DNA from: Peribolospora baueri
Lineage: Eukaryota
Reading direction: 5' to 3'
DNA length: 64,000 nucleotides
NCBI GenBank assembly: GCA_029717555.1
Contig: JAMDHS010000031.1
Location: 1-64,000 of the forward strand
Both the position numbers and the translations under genes were made by a program. Shown in pieces: positions 23,085-35,065 of the stretch (positions are counted from its first letter, which is position 1; each line of letters begins with the position of its first letter). The notes beneath the pieces are model-generated. The model did not search any database and was not told the DNA's origin. It saw only the letters and a list, made by a program, of their open reading frames with translations.

Positions 23085-26000
23085 ATGCGTCGCACCGCGG
23101 TGATCGTCGCATCGGCATGGGACGACGATCTCGTCAAGGTCGCCGCCGACGTCGTGCTCAAGCTTGGAGCGCGTATGGATGGCGGCAGAAGCCGTGATGG
23201 GGAGCGAAATGAGCGCGAAGGGGACTCAACCACTGCTGGAACGCAAGAGCGACGAAGCACGTTAAGACCGGAGAAGGAGAGTCAGTACAGGACTGAGTTT
23301 GGCAGATACGTCGATGACGAGTTCGCCCGTAACCTCCTCAGACATGGACTCGATCGGCCGCCCAGCTTGGCACAAAGCCTCGACAACCAGGGAGACAACC
23401 AGCGGGATTTTCTTGGCGCCGACGTTGACTCTTCGTTCGTCAACCGCCTCGTCTCGCCACCTCCGCCTCCACGGCGCTTGTACCCAGTTTCTCTTCCTCG
23501 CATCGACACAAGGCGCGGATCTACCTTACGGGTGTCCTCGGGTTCCGGCCTTCATCTCTCCGCCACGAGTCCTGCGTCCTCAAAGTCCGGGATTTCAAGT
23601 CAAAAGCGAAAGAAGCGGCGCTCGAGAGCCCGCACCAGAGTCATCTGTCTCCACATTTTTGTTCTCCCGCAGCCTGCGCTGCGAGTGAGCCGCGCGCCGG
23701 AATGGGAAGATGCGACCTCGCCGTTTATTGACAAGGCGCGGGAGGCGATAAAAAGGATCAAGGGCCTGGAACGAGGAGCCGGGTGCAAAATCGTGATTAA
23801 GACGGCTCAGCTGGAAACATGGACGAGCGGGAAGAACGAACAGATAGTGCCGGTCAAGATGGACGAGTTGCACGGAGGTATGGGACAGCAGGAGAGCCAG
23901 CTGCAGCGGCGAGGCACCATACGGAGAGCCTCGCACGTAGGCTCGCCAGATCTGCATAATGGCGCTTTCCCCTTCAACTGTCATGGAGACGGCCGTGAGT
24001 CGTGGGAGGCGATCAGGCTCAAGCGGGATGGAACTATCCTCCTTTCTCAGCGACTGGCGGATGCTGGGGACCTTTCGAAGCGCCACGGGATGAAAAAGGT
24101 GAAGCACGTCAGTGGAGCGAAGATGCTAGGCTCCAAGCTCAAGAAAGCCAAGTCCAAAGTGAAGCAGGCCCCTTCGGCGCGATGGCGCCGCTCCGTAGCA
24201 CGCGACGTCCCTTCACCGTTTGCAAACCTCGAGTCTCCTTCCCCTCCTGCCTCCTCCCTCGTCTCACCGTCGTCCGCTCGTGCTGTGATCGGGCGCTTCT
24301 GGCCGACTTGGGCCGCATCCACGGAGAATGGGCTGGCGAAAGCTTATCCTTCGCAACCTCACCACTTTCCCGGTAGTGAAACGGAGCGGAGGGAGCTCTT
24401 CGTCGGCGTGGGTCAGGCGCAGCCAGCGAGGGTATCGGTGTCCAGCGACGTATCGACGCCTGTCGGTTCGTACGGCGATGATATCGCGCGTTCGGCGTCT
24501 TGGTTCGAGTCGACGATGCGGCACGATCTTGAGCGCTCCATCGAGGTCGCCGCTCTAGACCTCACGAACAGGAGCATCTATCGTCGGTCCACCTTGGGGG
24601 CTGGGTCGAAAAGTATCGTGCGCTCAGACGAGGGCGGCACTGACGACGATGAGTGGAACGACGAAGACGAGCCGGTCTCCCCACGTCGACCCGCGTCTCA
24701 GTTGCCATCCCACGTCTCCCGTAGTCACCCGACGTCAATCTCGCCGGTCCTTCTGTCCTCCGCGGATTTGATCGTCCTCGTGGCACCTTCCACTTCGGGC
24801 GACCGTTCAAGGCTGTCTCGAGGCAACTCGCTTGATGAACAGCTCGTGGCGCGACGGACCTGGGGATTTTCCTTGGGCTTTGTCAGCGCCGTTGGGCGAT
24901 ACGTCCTATCAGATGGGGCCAGTCGGGAAGTCAGACTCGAACCTTCGGAGAGTGATTCCCGTGTGCTTGATCCTCGAATGGTCATCTACGTCCCTCCCGA
25001 CATTGTCTCGAATGACGGCCCCAAGGACATGAGCGCGGATCGGACATGGCGCGAGGGGTCGGATGGCGAGCGGAGTCGACCCTTCTCACCCGGGCTAAGC
25101 AAGGAAGCTCGATCTCGACCAAAGTCGGACGTGCCGTCCTTGGCATCTTATTGCACGATCGAAGACGACTACGTCCTCATCCGACCCAGCCATTTCACCG
25201 CAGCCGACGCCACTAAAGCCGATGAGACGACGACGACGCTGCCGTCAGGCATGAAGCTCATCTCAGCTCTGACGGCTTCGGCGAACGCTCGAATGGAACG
25301 TTTGCTAAAGAGCGAACAGCAAGGAGCTTCCGAAGGGCTTCGGCGAGGAGAGATGGCAGGGAACTGGGAAGACGTGAGCCACTCCGAAGATACCCAACTT
25401 GACCCAATGGTTGGGGAGGCTGGCAGACAGCTGGGGAAAGCCACGCCTTCAATGCAACGATGTCAAGGTCAAAGTAGGGCAGGGCCAGGCCATGGACGGT
25501 CCTTCAGCGAAACCAGTTTTGGATCTCCTTACAAGAACAAACCCCTGCCATCACTGCCAAGTAGGACGAGCTCATCCGATATCGTAACCGCGTCTTGCAG
25601 CCGTGAACCGCGGCACAGTCGTTTTCCTCACTCCGCTGGCTTTGGAGCCTCGCAAGGCTGGCCGACCGCGCACTTCGGTCCTTTGCCTTTCTTACCCCAT
25701 TCCACCTATTCGCTCTCGCTATCCGGCCGGTCTCCAGAACAGATCGACCCATTTTCATCATCCGCGGAGGCGGCTTGCTTTGCAACGATGCCGACGCGTG
25801 AGAAAGGCAGTGGAGATGGGAGTCTTCCCTCTTCTTTATCAGCCCTGGAATCCTCAGTCTCGGATTGGGCGCCTGCGTCTACCGCGCCTGCCAGTCTGAT
25901 CAGCGGTGCGGCAGCGTCGAGCCCTCCCGGTCGACCTTGGCGAAATCCCAAGCGGCTACTAGAGCCCCTTGTCGAGGAGTCTCCCTTGTCGACGAGCGAC

Positions 26001-27470
26001 GGTGAAGGGCAAAGCTCGGACACCAAGTTGCCGACCTCTGACGTTCCGGAGAGACGCTTTGTCAGCGTGCAGGTCGTCGACGCCGATGCTATGCAAATCT
26101 TGGAGGCGTGCGGCCAACACTCAACAGAAGAAACACAACCTCGCGCGATGAGCGTGACAAGCTCCCTTACCCGGCAGCATGTCGATCCTGCCATCAGTTC
26201 GAGCCATGAGCTCCCCGGTTTCAGCCCGATCGCCAGAGCTTCTTCAAGATCGTGCATCCTTGGAACTGCTGATGTTGATTCCTCTCCTGGATCTCAAGCC
26301 CCCCAGTCGGCTTCAGGTTCTTGTGTAGCATTGGACCTTGGCCGTGGCTTTACGCCTTTCTCATTCGAAATCGCGGAGCTGGTGGCCTTAATGGAGAAGT
26401 CGTACAGCTCGGGAAAAGAACCGTTCCAGGTCGAGGCGCCGACGAGCCCCCTGCCAAGCGAGCCAGAGCCGCCTTTGGGAGACCATTTGGACTCGCATGT
26501 CCGGCTGGACGTTAGGTCTGGCCAAGAACAGGACGCATTCCTAGCGGCTAGCACAACGCAGCCAGACGCAACGGGGCAAAAACACGCTGAGCATCTGTCA
26601 ACTTTCCAGCCGACGGCGCCAACGAGATCACAAGGCACATGCGCGGCTACGTCGGCCCCACCGAACGATACTTCGGCTGTGCACCCCAGCCCTCTTACCC
26701 GGCGGCCTCTAACCGGTATGACTCGGAGGCCATCTGGGCCGAGACCGCCACTACGCTCGACATCTTCATCGTCGTCGTCTTCGCTCCATCCTCCGGTCGA
26801 TATTCCTTCTCAACGACGGCTCCGCAGATCGCCTTTGTCGATGCTGGCTTCGGATATGAGAAAGTTGGAGGCTACACAATCCTTTCCGCACGAGGCGTCG
26901 CCAGACGACCTGCTCTTCAGGAAGCGCGAGCGGAGCAACAGCAAGGCTACGTCTAACGAATCCACCGGGACCGAGGTTGCCGTGCGGTCTCCCTTGACAA
27001 GGCGCCTGCCCGTGCATCTCACGACCGGCCTTATTCTGCAGGACCGCCCAGCGGTCGAAGAACCCGCTATTTCTCCTCTCTGGTCAGACGCACGCGTGAC
27101 GCTGTCGTCCTCGGAAGTGTACGGTGGATGGCCACGAGACGTCGGCGAGAAGACAGAGGACGGCTTGTCAATCTCGCATTCAACGCTCGAGTCTGATCTG
27201 CAGACTGACTGCTCCATGGTCAATGGCAACGCATCCCGGAGACACTCGAACCCGCCCCCGGTAGCGTCGCCGGTGACGTCAACTGAGCACGCAGTCTTGC
27301 ACGGGATTGTTTCTCGGGAAACTTCGACATCCGGAACGGCGACCACCCTCACCCGCAATAGCAACAGACCCCGAGGCGCCAGGCCGTACATCATGGCTCC
27401 AGTGCGCCCCTCGTCAATGTCGACGACCTCGTCAAGCCGCGAAGATACGGTTCAGCGACTTGCAACTTGA
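23085..27470 (+). CDS. Large, mostly disordered Ser/Pro/Arg-rich hypothetical protein
   Basis: Uninterrupted ~1460-codon ORF, first ATG at 23085. A probable 5'UTR intron lies near 22623-22757. No family recognised. Confidence 0.75.
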   Translation: MRRTAVIVASAWDDDLVKVAADVVLKLGARMDGGRSRDGERNEREGDSTTAGTQERRSTLRPEKESQYRTEFGRYVDDEFARNLLRHGLDRPPSLAQSLDNQGDNQRDFLGADVDSSFVNRLVSPPPPPRRLYPVSLPRIDTRRGSTLRVSSGSGLHLSATSPASSKSGISSQKRKKRRSRARTRVICLHIFVLPQPALRVSRAPEWEDATSPFIDKAREAIKRIKGLERGAGCKIVIKTAQLETWTSGKNEQIVPVKMDELHGGMGQQESQLQRRGTIRRASHVGSPDLHNGAFPFNCHGDGRESWEAIRLKRDGTILLSQRLADAGDLSKRHGMKKVKHVSGAKMLGSKLKKAKSKVKQAPSARWRRSVARDVPSPFANLESPSPPASSLVSPSSARAVIGRFWPTWAASTENGLAKAYPSQPHHFPGSETERRELFVGVGQAQPARVSVSSDVSTPVGSYGDDIARSASWFESTMRHDLERSIEVAALDLTNRSIYRRSTLGAGSKSIVRSDEGGTDDDEWNDEDEPVSPRRPASQLPSHVSRSHPTSISPVLLSSADLIVLVAPSTSGDRSRLSRGNSLDEQLVARRTWGFSLGFVSAVGRYVLSDGASREVRLEPSESDSRVLDPRMVIYVPPDIVSNDGPKDMSADRTWREGSDGERSRPFSPGLSKEARSRPKSDVPSLASYCTIEDDYVLIRPSHFTAADATKADETTTTLPSGMKLISALTASANARMERLLKSEQQGASEGLRRGEMAGNWEDVSHSEDTQLDPMVGEAGRQLGKATPSMQRCQGQSRAGPGHGRSFSETSFGSPYKNKPLPSLPSRTSSSDIVTASCSREPRHSRFPHSAGFGASQGWPTAHFGPLPFLPHSTYSLSLSGRSPEQIDPFSSSAEAACFATMPTREKGSGDGSLPSSLSALESSVSDWAPASTAPASLISGAAASSPPGRPWRNPKRLLEPLVEESPLSTSDGEGQSSDTKLPTSDVPERRFVSVQVVDADAMQILEACGQHSTEETQPRAMSVTSSLTRQHVDPAISSSHELPGFSPIARASSRSCILGTADVDSSPGSQAPQSASGSCVALDLGRGFTPFSFEIAELVALMEKSYSSGKEPFQVEAPTSPLPSEPEPPLGDHLDSHVRLDVRSGQEQDAFLAASTTQPDATGQKHAEHLSTFQPTAPTRSQGTCAATSAPPNDTSAVHPSPLTRRPLTGMTRRPSGPRPPLRSTSSSSSSSLHPPVDIPSQRRLRRSPLSMLASDMRKLEATQSFPHEASPDDLLFRKRERSNSKATSNESTGTEVAVRSPLTRRLPVHLTTGLILQDRPAVEEPAISPLWSDARVTLSSSEVYGGWPRDVGEKTEDGLSISHSTLESDLQTDCSMVNGNASRRHSNPPPVASPVTSTEHAVLHGIVSRETSTSGTATTLTRNSNRPRGARPYIMAPVRPSSMSTTSSSREDTVQRLAT

Positions 27471-28161
27471 GGTGCACCTAGATCGCGGTTCTCCCGGACC
27501 ACCAAGCTCATCCGATCCTTCCTCCTCAGCCGGAATTGAGACACGTTCGACCGTTCCAAGCCGTGCCCTCACCGATATGGCAGAGGTGGCAAGCCTAGTC
27601 GTTCCCCAGAATGCAAGCCCAGATGCGGATCCGCCGTTTAGACAACCGGGACTTTCGCATGTCCATTCCTCCGAAACACTACTTCTCGGTGCCGGAGGGG
27701 GGACGGCTCGCGAGGCCAACGACGACAAGTCTATAGGAGGATCTCATCATACGCTCTCTCCTTCGGGCAGCTCGACGCCTGATCGTCTCCTCCACCTGCC
27801 AAAGGTTGGTACCCCTGATAGCTTCCTGTACAGTTCGTCATTATCGACGTTGGCCCCAGGGCGCCGGAAAGTGCTACCGACTTGAATCGTCTCGCTTGCG
27901 GAGAAAAGCGGGTTGGAAGTCAAGTACTTCGCTCGTCTATCACCCTAATGGCCAGACGGGCCTTTGAACTCCTGCCATCGTTATGCTCTTTCGTCCTCCA
28001 GATATCCCGCATCCCGCTTTTGCATGTATACCTATCAGCTCGCTTTGTATGCAAACCTCATAAGAAATCACGTCTGTTTGCGAAAACGAACTTGTTGTCG
28101 ATTGAATCGAGTTACTATCTGTGCCATCGGAAGACAGGACTTGGATCGACAAGAGAGCCTG

Positions 28162-31100
28162 TCAATAAGGCAACAGTCTCTGCCTTTCCCTGAACTCTCT
28201 CTCGCCTTCACTGTCCTCCGCACCCTCGCCGGCTTCCCGGTCTTCATCAGTCTCTTCCGCTCCTGATGAAGTTTCTTCTTCCCAGCCCTCCAAGAGGGGC
28301 TCCAAGTCGACATGTACCCTCAGTTCCTTTTCGCCCAGCATGTCGTGGAGCGAGCGCAGCTCCGAGCTCGTGAACGTGCCGAGAAGGGGAGGGGAGAAGG
28401 GAAGAATATAGAGTTCTAGGGACGTTGGTATCGAGATGGAAGCCAGAAAGATTAATTGGGATGCCGCCATGTGACGTTGGGTGGTACGAAAACCCGGCCG
28501 GCCAGGACCTCACCTTTGCACCACGGACACTCGCGGATGGCTCGGTAGATCAAGCTTTTGGCACGTGTCAGATGGCCTTGACGCGTTTCAAAGTCTATGT
28601 AGAGCTTCCATACCTCCACTGAAGATTGGACCCTATGCGTCATCGAGCATTGAAAAGAAAGAGATAGGAGAGGCCGGGCGACAGCGTCAGAAATCTTGCG
28701 TAGCCCGCCCGAGCCAGCAGGTCCCGCGGTCTCGACAGTGGTTATGATGGCAGTACTCACCCGCGCTCTTCCACAGCCCTTTCGAACAAGCTCCTGACTG
28801 CGCTCTCGTTAAAACGGTACTGGTCGAGGTGAAGCTCTGCGTAAATGGCGAAAAGCCAAGCCCTGCTGCTCGCGCCCTTCCGCCTGCCGTCGCCACCGCT
28901 CGTATCCATTTCTTGCGCCTTGGTCCTGGCCAACACTCTTTCCTCCAACACCCGTCTCACCCGGCCCTGGACCTTGGTCTTGAGCTCGTTGAAGGCGAAC
29001 AAGCTCAGGAACGCCATGTTGTCGGGGAAGAGGACGATGGCGCGTTCGAGCACGTCGCGCAAGAGGGCTGGACGGAAAGACACGGGCTGCAGAGACGTCG
29101 TGTGTCGGAAGAGAAGTTTGACGTAGGCCATAAATGCCTCCTCCGTCTCAATGCCGGCTGGAATTTCAAGAGTCGACAATGAGCGCAGTCGAGTCTCGTA
29201 CACATCGCAGGCGGCAGGAAGGCCATTAGTGAGGTACTCTAAGAGAGCTGAGCAAAACACGACGTGTCCGGCGTGCCGTGAAAGCGAGTAGGATGTTGTC
29301 TGCGAGGTGAATCCGGCGAGACGACTCTGAAATCTCTGTCTTGCTTTCAAAAGCTGCACGGCCGAAGGCTGGGCCGGATTGTCGCTAAGGAGGTCGTCTT
29401 CAGAGGAATAAATCCCCATATGGAATCAGCTTTCTCGTCCAAGCACTTACAAAGAGGTGAATCGCCGTGGCTCACCATAAGACCCGGCGTCGTCCACTCC
29501 GCTGGCGGCGACCAAAATCGCCCTAGCGCTGCTCTCGCGACCCTCTTCCCACTCCATTTCCGCCCAGACCCGCCAGAGCGCTGGCTCGTCGGCTCGCTTC
29601 TCCTCCGAGAATTGCCGGGACATGGACAACGCGGTGGCGTAGACGGTTCGAGCTCCTTGAAGCTTGCCGGCCTGTCGCTCGAGCCTTGCGTAGGCGTCCC
29701 ATAGGAGCAGGTCTTGTCGAGACGTCTTGAGAAGACGCTTCGCAAGCTTGACCGCCCTGTGACGTCCAAGGCAGGAATCAGGACGGCGGAACCGTACGGA
29801 CCGACGAGAAGGTGCCAGACGACTCACCCCTTTGAGCCGACGGACGCTTCAAACGACAAGTAGGATAGGTCGAAGAAAGGCTCTTGAATGAATGGACGCA
29901 GCTGCTCAAACACATTCCTTCCAAGGCATGCAATGAAGACAGGCAGAAAGAACGTTTCGCCAGTTTTGAGCCAACGAGCGACGGAGAGCTGATGGCCGGC
30001 GGCATAAAGCTCACCTTGCGAACGGGACGTTGACGGTGGCCAAGTCGTCTCTCGTAACGTCCGAGAACCACGGCGTCGGTGATTTTGATGCGATGAGGGT
30101 GTCCACGGCGGTGGGCCAACCCTTGATCGGGCACTCCCACGGTGCCTCCATGCCGCTCTTTCTCTCTCTTTCCATCGGCTCGCCGTCGATGATCTCCCAA
30201 CTCTTGCCTCCTTCGTCTCTGGCCGACCAGAACCGCCGAGAGAGTTGGTGGTTGTACGCCATGGAGGAATGGAGGAAGGCGTCCGTCGTGAACGGCGTCG
30301 TGGTCGGCATCTCCGGAGGAGTGAAGGGCAGGTTGAGAAAGGCGAGCAAGGCGTAGACGAGATGGAGTCGCGGATAGTAGCCGTGCAGTGGGAAGAGCAA
30401 GGAAGCGATGTCGGTGAAGAGAACGGTGCGGTAGGGATCATCTGTCTCGTCATCAATGTCATTGGCGGAGGAGGGCAAGAAAGAGGTCGTGGACCGGGCG
30501 CGTTCGGATGCGGCCCATCGCTCGAACGGGTTGCCGGAAGATACCTCGGCGACTTCCTCGCCCGGCTTGATGGTCGCTTGAGAGGCCGCGTCCCGAGAGG
30601 CAGAGTCATCGTCGCCGCCCTCTTCCCACGCTGCCCATCCCTTCGAGCCTTGCTCGCCGACTCTAGGTCGTTCGGCATTCCAAAACCGCTCTAGGCTTTC
30701 CAGCAAAGCCTCCCTCCACTTTCGGTCTTCCTCCAAACGAGCGTCCGGGCCAGAGTCGGGTACGTATGGTGCGAGTAGGGCTCTAGGCCGGAAAAAGTTG
30801 AGCTCGATAAGTCCCTGCATGAGAGCGATCGCCCTTTCCACATAGCCTGAGCACACAAGCATCACGAGTGAGCTCCAAAGCACAAAATCCATAACGGAGG
30901 GAGGGGGGCGAGACTGACCAGCTTCTTTGAGCATCAAAGCACATCGCACGAGGAGGTAGATCATATTTTCTTCCAGTGTATCCCGGCCTGTTTGCAAACA
31001 GAAATGCCGCGCGTATCAGAGAGCCGCCTACGAGTAGTCCAACCGGGCCGAGTCCCAAACTCACTCGGTGAGGCCCACTGCTCTGCGCCGGCGCGATCTC

Positions 31101-32887
31101 TGAGCTTGCCAATGGCGTCGGCAAAGGTGGCCACGACGGCGTCGACGGCAAAAATGGACCAATCGGTCTGCTTCCACCCGACCCATTCGATCCAAAGCTC
31201 GACGATTTCCGGATGTTCGTCCAACGCGCGGTCCCATTCCTCGTTCAATTTGGACGCGTCCCACAAGCCCGAAGAGGACGCCTCGCGGAGTCTGGCTAGA
31301 ACGAGCACGGGCGAATTGGCGTTGGAAGGGTGGGCGGAGAGGGCGCGTGTGAAGACGTCGAGCTTGATCTCGGCGGCGGCTCGGCGCTTAACCGCTCTTC
31401 TCGCCCTAGCGCCCTCGGTGGTCGTCCTCTTGGCTGCCTTGATGGCCGCCTTACCGCCCTTGTCGGCAGCCAAGCGATCTCCGCCGGAATCTTCGCTGAA
31501 CGAGACGTCGATGATTTCGTCCTGCAAGCGGGCAAGCTCCAACCACGCTTGGACGTCCCCGGGGTCTTCCTTGAGCCTTCGATCCAGGTCACGGTTTCTC
31601 CGCCGTAGAATCTCGTCCCAGCTCTCTCCTTCCTCTTCCTCGCTCTTCTCCGCGTCGCTCTCCGTATCGGAGACAAGCTCTCCAGGTCTCACCACGCCCG
31701 CTATGGACCTATACTCCTGCCCTTCTTCGTGTTCCATCCGTTGGAGAGAGCGAGAGCTCGTAGGAAGGGAGATGAAATCTTGCGCGGGGGACGAGGATCG
31801 GGTGTGGTCCGCTCTCTTGTCAAGACGGACTCGTCGGACGGCTGTGGAATGCGCACGCCATCTTTCCTTTGGATCGATGTATCGGAACACCTGCCGATCG
31901 ATGGACACGCACAAAGACGAAAAGCGGCGGGTGAGCGGAAGCGGGGAACGATGTGGACCGACAGAGTCGTGCTTCGCCGTGACTCACCCTCTTGCCTCCT
32001 TTGACAACCTCGAGCCCGTTACCAGTCTTGGAAGTCTCCTTTGTGATTCTCATACCATCATCGAGGCCCACCACGCGGCCTTGTCCAAGACGATGATATC
32101 TAGGTACCTTGTACCGGTCCAGCGCTCCGTATCGAATATTCAGCTCATCGCCGCGGTTGTCGACGTAGAAGATGGTCGCGTCGGCAGAGATGGCGGACCT
32201 AGTGAGAGATGACGTCGAAGGAGGCCGGCTGGAAGTGGAAGTGGGCGAGAGAGGATGCCGTGCACGGTCTCGAGAGCGTGATCGGTGGCGATGGGATTGC
32301 TGGAAAAAAGGGCGACGATGACGTAGTTGTACGGGTCAAGCTCAAAGAGCGTTTCTTGGTTCTTCGCGATGGCAGCTCACCTTGCGCTCTTCCCTTTCCC
32401 GTCTCCCCCCGCTGGAGTGCCTCTGCCTCGCCGTACCTCGCTCTCCTTCTCTAGAACTGGATCGACTCCGCTTGTGTGACCTGCTCTCCCCCTCCCTGCG
32501 CTCCTTCACTGGCCGGGACGACGTGTGATGGCGAGAACGGTAGTCGTGAGAGCTGTAGCGCACCGCGTCGTTCCCCCCATCGTCCCGCCGTCTTGACGGC
32601 CGCTCTGCTCGCTCCACCGCCTTGCCCTTTCCATGTCGTCGCGCCTTGTCCTCCTCAGCTGCGGGGTCAAAAGAAGAAAAGGATGGAGGGAGGATACGAG
32701 GGCGGGGCTGCGCGTCCGTCTCCGTCAGCCGGACGTGTTCGCCGGCAGCGACGACGGGCCTGAAGGAGGAGAAAGAAGGCGCGATTTTGGTCCGTGAGGA
32801 CTGGACAAAAGGACAAGCAAGGGACGCAAGTACGCGCGTCGTCAGCGCCGAGACGAAAAGCAAAAGCGAGACAAACCGTTCTGACAT
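28162..32887 (-). CDS. NRDE2: NRDE-2/Nrl1 family protein (HAT/TPR-like repeats)
   Basis: N-terminal PSFSSF motifs, then P-x-DV-x-AWL, GY-x-ERA-x-x-x-x-Q-x-x-x-E, FWNAERPRVGE-x-G-x-x-GW, DPYRTVLF-x-DI, LWDAYA-x-LE, CPWCK, EKELR and C-terminal RLLPY*. Multi-exon. Confidence 0.88.
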
Positions 32888-34075
32888 GGTGACCCACCTC
32901 TGCTCTGTCGCCTTCGTCTGCCATATCCTTCGTCCTGAGATGCGGCCAACGTCGATCGGAAGGGGGGAAGAGCGCGTGTGAGAAGATCGTCGGTCAGTGG
33001 TTAGGATGGAGAGCGGTAGCGCACGGGCGTGCTGCGGCAATGTGATCGGGGAGATGGGATGGAAGCGATCCATTCATCCATCATCGACTTTCTCCTCCAT
33101 TCGATATTCGATTCAATCACATGGATGCCTTCTCACGCGCGCCCGAGCCGGGCAGATCGTCACCCTATCTATCCAACGACCCTTGTCCCGGTCTCCACAG
33201 GGACGACCTGGGCGGGTGGCGGGCGGCGGGCGACTGGGGCGCAGCGTGTTTGGGTCCTCATCCAGCTGAAGCATTATTCCGTGTGCCAGGGTCCTGAAAT
33301 CTCTATCGACGGCTGCGGTAACTGCGGTGATGTCGGCTCTGCCTACCGCAAGAAGTCGCGGGCCACTGCGGCGACCGGCGGCGAGCGAAGTTTGGTTGAA
33401 AAACTGGCTGGGACCATTTATTTCGCGCAATTGCTTTGCGGCTACTAACCCTGTTTTATAAATGCCGACTGCGGCAAGGGCGATGTTCGCTGCCTTGTTG
33501 AATTGGCGCTGGTTTTGGGCAGGCATAGAAGGGAAGGGATTCGATTGCATTTTCATCCAACAAAATAGATATAGACATGCTTTGGAGGGGGACGATCGGC
33601 AGAGGCCATGGTCAGAAGACGAGAACTAGCGGACGTCGTTGCCGTTGTGAGCGGAGACGGGACGGGGGTCGTTGTTGACCGTCGCCGTCGTATGCTCCGA
33701 CGTCTTCGGCGAGACGTTTCGGGAAAGCAGTCAAGGTCGAGGTGGTACGGGGGAGCCGGTGTTTGCTCAGCGAGCGTTACGTCCGACGGCCGTCGATGAG
33801 GAGGGGGAAATCGCATTGAGTCTGAATCACGGACGGGGCTACGAGCGGGACCTTGGGCAAAGTATGTGTCGGAGACGCCGTCCCACTTGTCGGCCGGCCC
33901 ACGCTCGTTCGTCCGCAAGGTGTGTCCGTGGGACGGCGGAATGGTGGGATGAAATTGGGGTTAAGATTCGACGCAAACGTTCTGTCGTTCTCTTTGTGTC
34001 TCATACAGGATGAAAGGAAGAAGAGGTGAAGTGAGCGAGGTGAGCGAGGCGGGCGAGGAGGATGAAAAAGGGGAA

Positions 34076-34226
34076 CGGGAGTGGAAGTGGAGCTGGTACT
34101 GGAAGTATAACTGGAAACTGGAGCTGGAGCTCGCCGCTGTCCTGTGGCCCGCAGCGAGTCCGGAAGTGGGTTCGGGTCGGGCTGGAGTGGAAGAAAGGAA
34201 GTGGAAGTGGAAGTGGAAGTGAAGTG
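34076..34226. repeat. Imperfect hexamer repeat (GGAAGT/GGAGCT)n
   Basis: ggaagtggaagtggaagtggaagt and variants in the NRDE2/velvet divergent intergenic region. Confidence 0.7.
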
Positions 34227-35065
34227 AAACAGAAACTGAATCCGGCGGTGCGACTCGGACGGACGACCGACGAGGTGAGACAGCAGGGCGTCGAGGTCGA
34301 CAAGCTTGGCCGACGGACGAGCGAGACCCGAAGGAGCGGCGCGGACGAGCGAGCGAGCGATGGACTGAGCTAAGCTGAGCGGTGTTTGCCTCGACCGTGA
34401 CTGTGATTGTGACCGTCATCATCGTCGCTTCGCATCGCATCGCATCGCCGTCGCTATCGCCGTCGCCGTCCTCGTCGTACGCACGCTTGCTTGCCTGCTT
34501 GCTTGCTTGCCTCACTCCCTACTCGCCCAGCCTTGGCCTCGCTCGCGCTGTCCAAGCGCACCCGTCCGGTGGCTCCCTCGGTCCGGTCGGTTGGTTGGTT
34601 GGTTGGTTGTTTGGTCGGTCGTTCGCCGCCCGCGCTCGCCGGTCGACGTCCCGCTCCGTCTGCCGCTGATCGTTGACCATCGATCGTCCCCACCTGCGCC
34701 GATACGAGACAAGACCAAGCCTCCATCCCCTCCGACCCTGCGAGGCGGCCTGCTCCGCTGTTCTTGGGTGCTCGCAACCGTCGTCTCCTCCTCTCGTGCC
34801 CTCTCCTTCGCCTCTCCCTCGGTTTCATCCGTCCGCCGGGGACAAGCTCGGCGCCAGCTGGCTCTAGTCGGGTACAAACCCTAACAAGGCCATCCATCGT
34901 CTGTCGTCGTCGTCGGCCGTCCTTCTCCTCCTCGCTCCTCGTCCATCATCATCCCAACCACCTCTCAAGGCCATCCTCCATTCCCACCCTTGTCTTCATC
35001 TCCTCCTCCATCTCAACCACACCCCCACCACCTCATCTCACCCCCCATCGCCTCCTCCCGTCCCC

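Noticed and set aside
30992..32212. 406-aa plus-strand ORF
   Set aside because: Antisense shadow of NRDE2 exons.
33113..33556. 147-aa minus-strand ORF upstream of NRDE2
   Set aside because: No homology cues; lies in the divergent promoter region.
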